Source: Paragordius varius (lineage: Eukaryota; Animalia; Nematomorpha). From it: a stretch of DNA of 64,000 nucleotides. The stretch's first letter is position 1. Each line of letters opens with the position of its first letter. A program made the position numbers and the translations under genes. Positions 1 to 11,588 of the stretch are shown here, one piece after another. The notes under the pieces are model-generated. The model was not told where the DNA came from, made no database searches, and saw only the letters and a program-made list of their open reading frames with translations. Where the stretch lies: contig OZ176054.1 of NCBI GenBank assembly GCA_964247055.1, positions 9,672,001 through 9,736,000 of the forward strand, written 5' to 3'.

Positions 1-702
1 GTAATAAATCTTTCTAACTGAAATTATTGATCTACACTTTATATACCGATAGTGCATGTTAAACCATACTTTTCAACTCCTAAATGTTTAGTTTTTAGAT
101 CGGAAAGTGAACTAATGGCTGAGTGCAAGAATATAATATCTTAAAAAAATTTGTTAAATATTGTCTAAAAGTTATATATTTTTTAGTATAAGATTTGCAT
201 CATAATTAATTTTGACCATTACTTTTCTACTAATTTTTACTTAAATCATAATATTTTTGTTGCATTTAAAACTTTACATGTTTGGTTTTCTTAAACGATT
301 TGCGCAGCAAAATATATTTCAAATCGCAATAAATATTATCAAAAGATGTCCAACTTTAAGTCATAAACAAATATATTTAAAAAAATTAAATATAAACAGA
401 AGCAAAACCAATTTAACCACTTTTTGTAAAACGTTAATCAAATTCAAATTTTATTTTCAGTTAAGACTTTGGTTCTAAGATCTTTAATGCCATGATTTAT
501 ATTTTTTTAACATTTTAAATTATAAAAAATAAAAGCAAATTAAATAATAACCGGTTACAAACGCTTATATTAATAAAAAAAAATTGCAGTTTCTATTAAG
601 TGACTTCAGGACTAAATCTGAAAAAAATATTTTAAAAACTACATATTTTAAGATAAAGGTTGTAGATTACGCTTTAAACCGTTTAATTTAAAATAATTAT
701 AC

Positions 703-1350
703 CACTAAGTATCAATATATCAGGGTAACGAAGGCTAATCAAATCAATAGGTTTAGGATGAGCTGTAAGACTAGATGATTTAGAAAGGTAAACAATTTTG
801 TGAAGGGCTGTTTCGAAAACCCAATTACAGCTTCCCATTGCGTAACCTGAGCTTGTGGCATAAAACGTAAGGTGACCAAATAAATTTTTACGCTCCAAAA
901 AATTTATTGTAGTAATCATTGCAATTGCATTTTCAAGATCCTATATGTATATAAGAATATAATACTTGGAAAGTATAAAATTGAGAAAATTTAGATTCAC
1001 GAGAAGAATAATCCAACATATCAATATAGCTGATTAATTCATTCATATACAACTTTCCAAACTAAATTATTAAGTGAACTAACTTGAAGTGTTGGCTCTG
1101 TTGCATATATTTCACCCCTAAATCCCTCTTTTATAATAAAGGGTAGCGATAAGATATTTGAAAAATTTGATATTAGGAGAATATCAATTGTATGGTAGTT
1201 AAGTTCGTTTAACACAGGATCAACATTAATTTTGTACTTTTGGTTGCAGTTTTGTGTAAAAATATTTTGGAAATTTAGAGGGCATTCCAACAATATATTA
1301 ACTTCATTTAGCGTTAATATAAATTTGTTTTCTGATTTTTGAATTTTCAT
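703..1350 (-). CDS. INTS9: Integrator complex subunit 9, 5' part (exons 1350-1084, 1061-966, 940-703); the remainder was not resolved and probably lies beyond the left edge
   Basis: The spliced translation contains TIDILLISNFSNILSLPFIIKEGFRGEIYATEPTLQ|FGKLYMNELISYID and QFYTFQ|DLENAIAMITTINFLERKNLFGHLTFYATSSGYAMGSCNWVFETALHKIVYLSKSSSLTAHPKPID. These match remembered INTS9 motifs (TVDVILISNY...[36 protein letters not shown]...SGSSLLTTHPQPMD). Collinear homology needs GT-AG introns at 1083-1062 (22 nt) and 965-941 (25 nt). Confidence 0.9.
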
Positions 1351-1399
1351 GTAAAATTATATGTATGAATGGTTGTGTAAAACAAAGAATTTTAAACAC

Positions 1400-1825
1400 T
1401 TTGATTCAAATTGGGGGATCAAGTGACCTCAGTAAAAAACTGTTCCAATATTCATGCGTCTGACCAATAAAAAAACCAAAATATTTAAATATCTTTAGAT
1501 TTGAAAAGGTTCTATATCAAAAACTTTGACGCCATATTTATTTTACTATAATTTACATATAGTGATTTTATTCTCTAATATTGAAGCTAAATATTTAAAT
1601 CAAATTTAAATTTTAAAGAAAAGTGGTTTTTTTGGCATTATTTATATTTAACTAATGCACACATGATATATTGTCAATTTTTACCTTGACGTTATCCATA
1701 AAATAACAATTCGTAATGGTTATATTTGTTTATATTTTTAGAAAGTTTGATTTTAACTGGCTTGGGTTACCAACGACTTCGATTTGAATCGGAGGACCGA
1801 AATGATTTTGTTGTATCCAAGTATT
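1400..1825. mobile_element. MITE-like inverted-repeat element (family A)
   Basis: The reverse complement of 1741-1825 matches 26917-27000 and 28895-28980 (cttggatacaac...cgattcaaat...). The left part carries ttgattcaaattggggg. Boundaries are approximate. Confidence 0.6.
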
Positions 1826-2299
1826 AGGAATTGAGGTTTATCACAGATTTAACAATTTACTAAATTTTTATACGCGATGGCATTTTGGGGTGGTTTTCTA
1901 TACCAGAGCTAAACACTATTTAACATTCTTATTTATTACGCGAAGATTTCGGTTCTAACCCATAACCAAATCTGGCAAAAAAGCTACTTTTTTGAAAATA
2001 TTTCGATCAAAAATAATCAACCTCTTTTCTCCTCTATTAGATAATAAAAATAAGTTATATTTTTTACAGTTTTTAATCTATTTGTGGGAGACAGAGAAAC
2101 ATTATAGTACATTATATTAAATTAATAATTTAATACAATTAACGATATAAACTTTTTGTATATATCATATTTTCATTAAACTAAAGTAAAATAACGTTTG
2201 CCTATTTAATTCAAATGTCATATCATATTTTATCCAAATACTAGGCTTGTCTTAATAAGGTTACGCATATAGATAATATCAAATCCTCTACCATATCTC

Positions 2300-4900
2300 C
2301 TATGTGAATCTGATTCAATCCAATATATTTCTTTATCTGATCTTGTCTTGTCTTATCTTCTCTTTGATTCTTCTGCTTGTCATTCCCTTATCCATTTCCA
2401 CCACTTTTAAATTATTAATCAAACTACTGAACTCTTTTGTTTGTAAACGTTTGATTTCCCACTATCCGCACCATCGCGAAGCCGGTGGGCCATAATTGAA
2501 GCATGTCGTAAAGGTCGATTCCCATCCTTTACAGTGTGCGGGAATACCCCAGTTTTTTCCAATATCGAATCTTTTCTCCACCCAGTATTGATCATTATTT
2601 ATGTACACCTCTTCGTTCGGTAAAAATTTGATTATGTATGATCTTCATTTAATTGATGAGTGGGTGTTTCTAGACATGTAGCAACGGGGTAATAATATTT
2701 CTCTTTAAGAATATGTGTATGGACACTCTTTTGTGACGCCATCACGGCTGACCTCATATAATTCATTTTTTGTGGGAGGCGAATCGTAATCAGCTAGACA
2801 TTTATATGCTAAAATCTAAATAGACGTTCAAGGAGCCCATTTGTTCGTGGATGATAGGGGGCACTGGTGGAATGTTTAATTGTTCATTGTAAGATATCTT
2901 CAAAGTCTTTTGATGCAAAATATAATGTATTAATTATCGGTAACTATCATTTGCAGAAACCCGTACCTTAAACACCAAGTTTCTAACCAATGCAATATGT
3001 TTACAGTATACTTATTAAAAACTCAACTTCAACCCATTTTCAGTTACTACCGATAGTCACCATTCAATAGGACCGGTTAAATTTAGATGGATTTGCTCTA
3101 TGCCCGTAACTAAATCCAGATATATCCGTTCTTATATACCCGTAGCGAAATTCCATTTGTACGTGAGATCGCTTTTAAGGGTATTCTGGTTTAAGTGACA
3201 CTCCATACAAGACCATTTTCAATGTTTTGGTTTATTCATACAAAAAACACTAACCTTGGCAAACTCTTTCCTTTACCCCAGAATGTTTTCATGAAAAAAA
3301 TAACGTTTCATTGCACTCCTTGGGATTAAGTATAAAATTGCCCCAATTTAGCAACCGATGCAATTTTTTCCTTATATTATCGGATTAAAAATTGGAGTTA
3401 ACCAATCATTAAGATGTAGAGCCGCTATAAATGCTACCAAAAATTTATCACCTAACGTATCTCCTTTAATCCGCTTTACGTTTATATCCCTTGTTAGAAA
3501 GTTGATCCATATTAATTGCTTGTTCCTCAACTTCCTCACTGGGTTCATACGGTGACGTGATAAATATTATATATTGTTATAGGCTTTTAAGTATCAATCA
3601 TAATAATCCACTATTATTAATATCACTCTGATATTTATAGCCCAACAACTAAATTAATGTATGATCTCTCATACTACGAACTTTCTACCTTACGCAAACA
3701 TTTTAAATTTTGCGCATATAGAATTGTCCTTTCTTCGTTTTCAATCGATGAGAAATGTTGTTCTGCCTTCGCACATTTTTGAGCAAAAGTTATCGGCCGT
3801 TTACCATAATTTGTCATATGCGATAATACTGCTCCAAATCCGTCATTCGATTCATCTTTTTCCAACACCAATGAAAGGTTAGGGTTAAATATCGAACCTA
3901 TCGTCGTATTCAATAACAGTTTAGTATTTAAACCTGTCTTCTTTTGTCGACCAACACCGTTTCTTGTATCCTGTTAGCGCATGTAAATTCGGTGTAGCAT
4001 ACATAAATTGAATAAAACGAGTGTCTAACATTACTAATAAAGACTGAGATGTGTTATTGGTTGATATATTGCCATTTTAGTTATCAGGTTTAATTCCCTT
4101 AACCAAAATTTTCTATCCTAAATATGAGACCGAAGAACGAGTCTATTGGATTTTATCCTTTTTTTCTAACCCACAAATGCCAAATTCTTCATAACTTTTT
4201 CCAAGTTATCAACGTGCTCCATTACTGTATTTCCACTAACAATTACATCATACAAGTAAACTGTCGTCTGAACAATTTTTTAATAACTCATACTTAATTT
4301 ATTGAATTATCGTTAGTGCACTAGAAATAAAAAAGATCTATATGGGAACAAACGTAGTAAATTCTGTTAATCTTGGGGATGCCCAACAAGCTTGTTTCGG
4401 TACGCAAAAGCGCTCTAAATGTTAAAAAAATAAAAAATTGGATTTCAATCAAAAATTTACGATTATTTAGAAGATATATTCAAAATGGTCTCAAAACAAA
4501 TTAAAAAACAATCATTATCAAAGCAACCCCAAAGATATTTGTTTTAGGCTCCCCTGATCTTAGTGAATGGGCATTTACCAATAAAACTCTTTTAGATCCA
4601 GGATCGTAAAAATTTTTCTACGCAACTTTGTGTGCAAATCTTTTGGAGAATCTCCCTTTTTTCTAACAGCTTGAAGGGTGGTATTGTGTCACCAACACCC
4701 TCACAAAACAAATCTTTAAATTTATTTCAAACATACATTTATAATGACTGCATCAGGGAATCCACATTGGAAACTCTCCATCCATGGTAACCCGAAAATG
4801 TTACCCCAATTCTTCATATAACCATTTTAGCTCCTTGGCTATCCCGTTCCGCACCTACCATGCCATCACCACACTTTAATGATTGAAACCCCTTATTAGA
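2300..4900 (-). pseudogene. Decayed Ty3/gypsy gag-pol relic
   Basis: Minus-strand fragments occur in gag-pol order: zinc knuckle CFQCG (~4770), RNase H (3674-3913, NPNLSLVLEKDESNDGFGAVLSH..AEQHFSSIENE, paralogous to the pol at 9141) and a post-integrase tail (ILEKTGVFPHTVKDGNRPLRHA, ~2500). Many stops and frameshifts; no LTRs recognised. Confidence 0.75.
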
Positions 4901-5026
4901 CCTGCAGGTGCTTACGTTGGCCTCCCAATCTTCTGCCATGTGCTTTTCCTAATCAATGACATTTACTATACCATCCTCACCTATTTGCCATATCTCAATT
5001 ATGCTGATTTTAACATTATTATTTAC

Positions 5027-5326
5027 TGTTAATTGGTTATAACCTTAAGTTATATTATTATTATTATTTATATATATAATTTATATGACATTGTATGTAC
5101 AAATGGTATTTTAATTATTGTTGCCAAGTTTATAACCTTAAGTTAAATTATTATTATTTATATTTTATATGGCATTGTATTTACAAATAGTATTCTAATT
5201 TGGTTATTGTTAATTATCCTTGTTAAAATATATAAATACACCTGTACCATCACAAAGCTATCGGTTAATAAATGAACTCAATTTGAGATAATAAATTATA
5301 TTTTGTTTCTATTATAAACTCATTCA
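5027..5326 (+). repeat. 5' LTR of the outer element
   Basis: Direct repeat of 13217-13568, with two internal copies of a ttataaccttaagtta...gacattgtat unit. Confidence 0.9.
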
Positions 5327-5327
5327 T

Positions 5328-5337
5328 TGGTGCCGTG
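5328..5337 (+). other. Primer-binding site, tRNA-His-like
   Basis: TGGTGCCGTG lies 1 nt after the LTR and is complementary to the 3' end (CACGGCACCA) typical of eukaryotic tRNA-His. Confidence 0.7.
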
Positions 5338-8205
5338 TAGAAATGGAAAACGAAATTTCCAAAATTAGTATTAACGAATACAATCCAAACACTAATTTTA
5401 AACAATACTTAAATCAAGTGAATCGTATTTTAATCGCTAAAAACATTAATCCAAATGATGAAATATTAAAAAACCTATTCCTTGCGTATGCGCAGGACTC
5501 AGGACAATCTCGAAACTGGAAAATCAAGCATTCCCAACCAAAATAGAGGATATGACATGGCCTCAAATTTAAAAATTGGCATTTCAAATCTTTGCCCCTG
5601 ACAAAAGTATAGGGCTAAGTCGAAAAGAATTCTTTTAAAACGACAAGACATGAAGGTGAGTCAATCATGAGTTATGTGGAAAGATTAAAAGTAATAGCTG
5701 ACGATTGTGATTTCGAAGGCAATATAGCATACTTATTAAGAGATGTTTTCTTGATAGGACTAAATATGCCAATCCTAGAACGGAAATTACATATAAGATT
5801 CCCCACGGGTCAAAATGAAAGCGAACCAGTGTCATTACAGATGATACTAAATATGGCAAGATCCCTATAATTGATTGAACCTAGTGCTTAAGATCCACCA
5901 AGAAAGAGTCATCAACAAAGAGACTGCCAACGATGTGGCAAGCGTCATGTGATCGACAGATGTAATGCAAAGAGCCAACGTTGCTATAAGTGCGGAAAAT
6001 ACAATCATTTTGCAAAGAATTGTCGTACCAAGGGTCCCACCAAACAAGGTATTCGGTTAGCAACAAATTCAATTGGGATGGGTCCAACAATAACCGTGCA
6101 ACTAAACGGAATAGAAACAACAATGTTATTTGACACAGGTGCTGATATGACTGTTATCAATGACAGATGCTGGAACCGGACAACCACGACTAGATGTAGC
6201 ACACAGACTATCCGCATACTATAACGAAACAATCCCGACCATCGGTATAACAGAATTAAGCCTAACAATGAACGGTATCACAAAAATCCTTGAATATTTT
6301 GCAACTGAGGGAAATCGACCATTAATTTTTGGTCTCCCTTGGATTCGTGCACTTGATTTAAATTTACCCAATAATGTGATGATTACAATATAACTAATAT
6401 ATATAACCAGGATAATAGGTTGTTCTCGGACGGGTTAGGCTGTCCAAAGAATATGGAGGTATCAATTGCAATAAAAAATAATGTAACACCCAAAATATAA
6501 CCCTGCAGGAGAGTTCCCCTACCCCTGCAAGAGCGTGTGGAAAAGGAGCTAGATAGATTGATAAACCTAGGTATCCTGAGAAAAATCGACCCTAATATGG
6601 AGTGTATATCTTGGGCCACACTAACAGTAAATATTTTAAAACCAAATTGTAAAATAAGGATATGTGCGGATTTCCGAGTCAGCATCAATCCTCATTTGCT
6701 TCCCGATTCCCACGTAATCCCAACCTTTGATGAACTAATCACAAAAACAGCTCAAGGAACAGTTTTTACATCACTAGATCTGAAAGATGCTTACCTGCAT
6801 ATTCCCTACAACAATCATCACAACCACTACTGACCATAACTACCCATCAGGGTTTTTATTGTTACCAAAGACTTCCATATGGGTTGACTACTGCCCCTCA
6901 TATATTTCAACAAATCATGGATAATTTGCTTGGTGATATACCAGGTATATGCATCTATTTAGATGACATATTAATATCAGGTAAAAAAACCGAACATGAT
7001 GCCACATAGACCAGAGTATTGCAACGATTGGAAGCTGCAGGGTTGAAACTGAGCAGAGACAAATTACAACTTGCCGTTTCATCTGTCAATTACATGGGAT
7101 ATGAAATTTCAGAGAATGTAATTCATCCCACCAATGACAAAATTCAAGCTTTGATCAAATGTCCGAGACCCACCAATAAGACAGAACTGAGATCATTTTT
7201 AGGACTGCTAAACTTTCAAAGATTCATACCAAACCTCCATTAAGCGATATCCAACCTTCACAGAAACACAGGTTAAATTAGACCATGGGCCTGGACCGAG
7301 GTAGAAGAAGAGGAGTTCCAATCCGCAAAACAACTAATGATAAATTACAATACCTTAATACCGTATAACCCAAATTGGCCGATACTAATAGAAACAGCAT
7401 CAAACAAGGGATTTGGAGAGATTTTACTACATAATACCCCGGAAGGAAAGCGTCTCTCATCTCACGCAAACATACCGATGCCGAAACTAATTATTCAACA
7501 ATAGAGAAAGAAGCAAAAGCTATCACGTTTGCCATAAAAAAATTTAAGCCATTTATATATGGCAGAAAATTTAAAATTATAACCGACCACAAACCACTAA
7601 TCGCGCTATTTGGTCGAACTCGAAATTTACAAAATATTAATAATGTTAAACTTCTTAGATTGATCTATAAAACATCGGGGTACGACTAAGAAATCGAATA
7701 TAAGAAAGGGCAAAAGAATTTAGCGGACACTCTATCCAGATTACCAAATAATGATAATATCACGGAGGTACAAAATGAAGATGATGATGTATCACTGTTA
7801 GAGGCTAATTTGAATAGACTTGTTAAACACACTACATTCGTTATTTATCAGTGCATTAACCTATTAACTTATCTGTATACTATTATTATATTGTTATAAC
7901 CTCCCCACCACTTGTGAATATTATTATTATACCTTGCAGTACATTAACCTATTAACTTATCTGTATACTATTATATTGTTATAACCTTCCCACCACTTGT
8001 AATTATTATTATACTTTGAGATAATTGTATATAAGCAAACATCTTACCTTGATATATGTGAATACATTAAACCTAATTATCGTAGATATATATATATATA
8101 TATAGAGATCATGATATAACGCGTTGTTGTTTTTGTGATATACAATATTTTGTGATTTACAATAAATACCTTGCCATCCCCAAATATTATTGGTGGCCAA
8201 GAGAT

Positions 8206-9102
8206 ATGACAGACGAACCAATGAATATTACAGCTCAAAAATACAATAATAGTAGCAATCGATACAGTAACAACAATAATATCAATCGGTTACAACATAA
8301 TAAATCCAATCGACAAACAATAATAAAATCATCTATTACATGCAAACATTGCGGTTTCACACACCCACCCAACAAGTGTCCAGCCTGGAGACGATCCTGC
8401 AACAAATGCGGAAAGCTAAACCATTTTGCGAGAATGTGTGTAGCCAAAAAACAAAGACCGCACTTCAATAGGCAATTGTCGAAGGAAGTTAACGTGGGTC
8501 ATAAGGCGCTAACTCCCTTACTGATAACACTAGTAATAAACGGGTCAAAAAAAGATTTTATATATGATACCGGTTCGGACATCAGTGTAATAAACTTTGC
8601 CACATGGGAGCAAATCGGTAACAAGCTGCATCCGACACCCCCAGTAAAATCGTACAACAATACCACAGTGCCAATGATGGGGACGGCAAGTGTCAAAGTC
8701 CAAGTAAATGGTAAACAAATGGTCGGGGACATATGTGTCCTATGCAAAACGATGGGAATGGCCCCGCTAATCTGTGGACTGGACTGGATGGCGAAATTCC
8801 AGATTGAGATGCCACAGGTTAAAGTTAATTATCTTAAATTGAATGAGATTTGTGAAAATTTTAAAAATTTATTCGAAAATAAGTTAGGGTGTTATAAGGA
8901 CCCTGTAAAAATTCGCATTGCAGCGAATGCGATCCCGAAAGTATGGCCATGTCGCAGGGTGCCTTTTCCATTAAGAGAAAAGGTGGAGAAAGAGCTGACG
9001 AGGCTAGAAAAGTTAGGCATTTTAGAACCGGTTGATCCTAACACCACACCTGTGACATGGGCCACGCCTACGGTTAATGTACTTAAACCGAAGGCGAATT
9101 AA
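8206..9102 (+). CDS. Nucleocapsid (zinc knuckle) plus aspartic protease plus start of RT of the inner element
   Basis: ATG lies 15 nt after the PBS start. CKHCGFTHPPNKCPAWRRSCNKCGKLNHFARMC, protease FIYDTGSDISVI, RT start PVTWATPTVNVLKP. The frame is lost by a 1-nt deletion near 9092. Confidence 0.9.
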   Translation: MTDEPMNITAQKYNNSSNRYSNNNNINRLQHNKSNRQTIIKSSITCKHCGFTHPPNKCPAWRRSCNKCGKLNHFARMCVAKKQRPHFNRQLSKEVNVGHKALTPLLITLVINGSKKDFIYDTGSDISVINFATWEQIGNKLHPTPPVKSYNNTTVPMMGTASVKVQVNGKQMVGDICVLCKTMGMAPLICGLDWMAKFQIEMPQVKVNYLKLNEICENFKNLFENKLGCYKDPVKIRIAANAIPKVWPCRRVPFPLREKVEKELTRLEKLGILEPVDPNTTPVTWATPTVNVLKPKAN

Positions 9103-11588
9103 GAATATGTAGTAATTTTCGGGTAACGATTAATAAGTGGTTGCAAGAAGACTCCCACATAATTCCCACGTTTGATGAGTTGGTGTCGAAAATAGGTGAA
9201 GGTATCACATTCACGAAAATTGATTTAAAAGATGCTTACCTCCAGATGCCAGTGGCAGAGGAGTGTCAAGAATTGTTAACTATCTCAACACATAAGGGTT
9301 TTTTTAGATACAAACGCATGCCGTTTGGACTGGCCACGGCACATATCATCTTCCAAAGAGTGATGGAAAAAGTGCTGGTTGAAAGTCCGGGAACTTGCGT
9401 ATATTTAGATGACGTCCTAGTGACTGGTAGGACGGAAAATGAGCACATTAACAATTTAAATAACGTATTAAGTCGTCTCGATAAGGCCGGATTTAAATTA
9501 AGACAAGATAAAATAATGATAGGCGCAGAATCAGTAAACTATTTAGGATTTGAAATATCGAAAAAGGGTATAAGTCCCTGTGAAAGCAAAATTAAAGCAA
9601 TCAAGGAACTAAAAAGGCCGGTAGATAAAAAGTCGTTACGTAGCTTTTTAGGTTTTTTGACATTTCATGAACGCTTTATACCAAAATTACAAATGATAGT
9701 CGGTCCCTTACATGAATTAACTAGTAAAAATACGAGATGGTATTGGACTGAGAAACATGAAAAAAGCTGGTTAGCAGCTAAGAATTTGTTAAGCGAAAAA
9801 GTGTTTTTAACACCATATAATTCGAATAGGAAATTGATAATAGAAACTGATGCGTCAGATTTAGGATTCGGATGTATTCTAAGTCATGAAATTAATAGTG
9901 AAAGGTTACCGATAGCGTATGCCTCACAAAAATGTAGCAACGCTGAAAGGAATTATTCCACGATAGAGAAGGAATTAAAAGCAATATTATTTGCGTTAAG
10001 AAAGTTTCATAGTTTCATATATGGTAGAAAATTTACAATATTAACTGACCATTTACCCTTAGTAAAGTTAATAAATAGAGATCGAAACTTAAAAGAGATA
10101 CATAATGCTAAAATACTAAGGTGGATTAATATGATAAATGAATACGACTTTGAAATAAGTCATCAAAAAGGGGCTCAAAATAGAGCTGATTATTTATCGA
10201 GATGGCCGATTGACGAGATCGTTGCCTATGATGAAGATTATGCGGTTACCAGATATTTGAGATTTTTGAATTGTCATAACGTGCGGTTAAGCCGAGATGA
10301 AATTCGAAAAGAAACTGCATTAGATGCAGTATTACAAAAAGTAATTAAAGCGTTAAACAACCATGACTGGAGTTCTCCAGACTTAAAAAAGTTTGTAAAC
10401 CGTAAAGACGAGTTGGCATATCAATATGGCTTATTAAGTTTAAATAATCGGATTGTAATTCCGAAGCCCCTCCAAAAAGAGGTGGTGAGATACCTACACA
10501 GCGGGCATAACAACGTAGAGACCATGAAAGCGATGGCCAGATTTACGTGTTATTGGCCAGAATTAGAAAATGACCTGGTAAAAGCCAGTAGTCAATGCGA
10601 ATCGTGCCAACGTAGTAGGCCGAATGTCACTCAGAATTCCACGTATCAGTGGGATCATAATGTTGCTGTGTGGGAGCGTTTGCATATTGATATAGCCGGA
10701 CCGGTAGACGGTTTGTATTGGTTGTTGATAATTGATAGTGCCTCGAAATGGGCAGAAGGATTTATGTTGAAAAAGGTAACCGCAGCGAATATAATCCACA
10801 AATTAGAAGAAACGTTTGCAAGGTTTGGCTTTGCAAGAGAGATTGTGAGCGATAACGCTTCATATTTCAGTAACGAGTACTTTACGTCAACATTAAGTAC
10901 GTTAGGGGTGAAACATATTAAGGTTACCCCATACCACCCTAAGAGTAATGGGATGGTAGAAAGGTTAGTAGGTACAATAAAAAATAAATACAAAAGAATA
11001 AAAAACAATGGGTTATCCACCCACGAAGCGTTTAACACTAGCTTATGGGCGTATAGAAATTCTATACACTCAACAACGAAAGAAACCCCGGCCCAGTTAA
11101 TGTTTAAGCGTACCCCCCATACTCCCTTAACCTGGTTAAATAGTAGGGAGAGATTGTTAGATGCACCGGCCCCCCGACGGCAGTTTGCCATTAATGACCA
11201 GGTAATGATTAAAAATGAATTAAGTCCAGGGTGGCGCGCCGAAGAGATTACGGACCGCACAGGGTTATTTTCATACAAGGTATGGGACAAGGACCGAGAC
11301 AAAGTTGTGAGGAAACACGCTGACCAAATAGTACAACAACCACAACCACAGCCGACCACTTCCAGCAACACAAATGAGGAGGAGGTAACCACTGCCACGG
11401 ATGATGGAACAATCGCTGAAACGCAACCAAACACGATCAATGCAAGGGACGAAATCGAACCAATTACTCCGACAGCCGAAAGTCCAAATAATGATAATAC
11501 CCAGAAACCGACTATCTACTCCCCCGCTAAAACACAAGAACGGAGATACCCGACGAGAAGTCGGCAGAAACCTGCCCGCTTCCGTTAA
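9093..11588 (+). CDS. Pol: reverse transcriptase, RNase H and integrase of the inner element
   Basis: Stop-free frame GELRICSNFRVTIN...FTKIDLKDAYLQ...VYLDDVLVTG (RT), ETDASDLGFG...YSTIEKELKA (RNase H), HSGH...CESC, RLHIDIAGP, IVSDNASYF, SNGMVERLVGT (integrase). The RT-RH-IN order is that of Ty3/gypsy. Confidence 0.95.
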   Translation, partial: GELRICSNFRVTINKWLQEDSHIIPTFDELVSKIGEGITFTKIDLKDAYLQMPVAEECQELLTISTHKGFFRYKRMPFGLATAHIIFQRVMEKVLVESPGTCVYLDDVLVTGRTENEHINNLNNVLSRLDKAGFKLRQDKIMIGAESVNYLGFEISKKGISPCESKIKAIKELKRPVDKKSLRSFLGFLTFHERFIPKLQMIVGPLHELTSKNTRWYWTEKHEKSWLAAKNLLSEKVFLTPYNSNRKLIIETDASDLGFGCILSHEINSERLPIAYASQKCSNAERNYSTIEKELKAILFALRKFHSFIYGRKFTILTDHLPLVKLINRDRNLKEIHNAKILRWINMINEYDFEISHQKGAQNRADYLSRWPIDEIVAYDEDYAVTRYLRFLNCHNVRLSRDEIRKETALDAVLQKVIKALNNHDWSSPDLKKFVNRKDELAYQYGLLSLNNRIVIPKPLQKEVVRYLHSGHNNVETMKAMARFTCYWPELENDLVKASSQCESCQRSRPNVTQNSTYQWDHNVAVWERLHIDIAGPVDGLYWLLIIDSASKWAEGFMLKKVTAANIIHKLEETFARFGFAREIVSDNASYFSNEYFTSTLSTLGVKHIKVTPYHPKSNGMVERLVGTIKNKYKRIKNNGLSTHEAFNTSLWAYRNSIHSTTKETPAQLMFKRTPHTPLTWLNSRERLLDAPAPRRQFAINDQVMIKNELSPGWRAEEITDRTGLFSYKVWDKDRDKVVRKHADQIVQQPQPQPTTSSNTNEEEVTTATDDGTIAETQPNTINARDEIEPITPTAESPNNDNTQKPTIYSPAKTQERRYPTRSRQKPARFR

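Noticed and set aside
1690-1980. Apparent plus-strand exons with 23- and 26-nt introns (…IRN|ESLILTGLGYQRLRFESEDRNDFVVS…)
   Set aside because: The core sequence is a dispersed repeat (reverse complement at 26917 and 28895), and there is an upstream in-frame stop with no start codon.
10655-11537. Long minus-strand ORFs (261 aa and others)
   Set aside because: Antisense shadows of the integrase frame.
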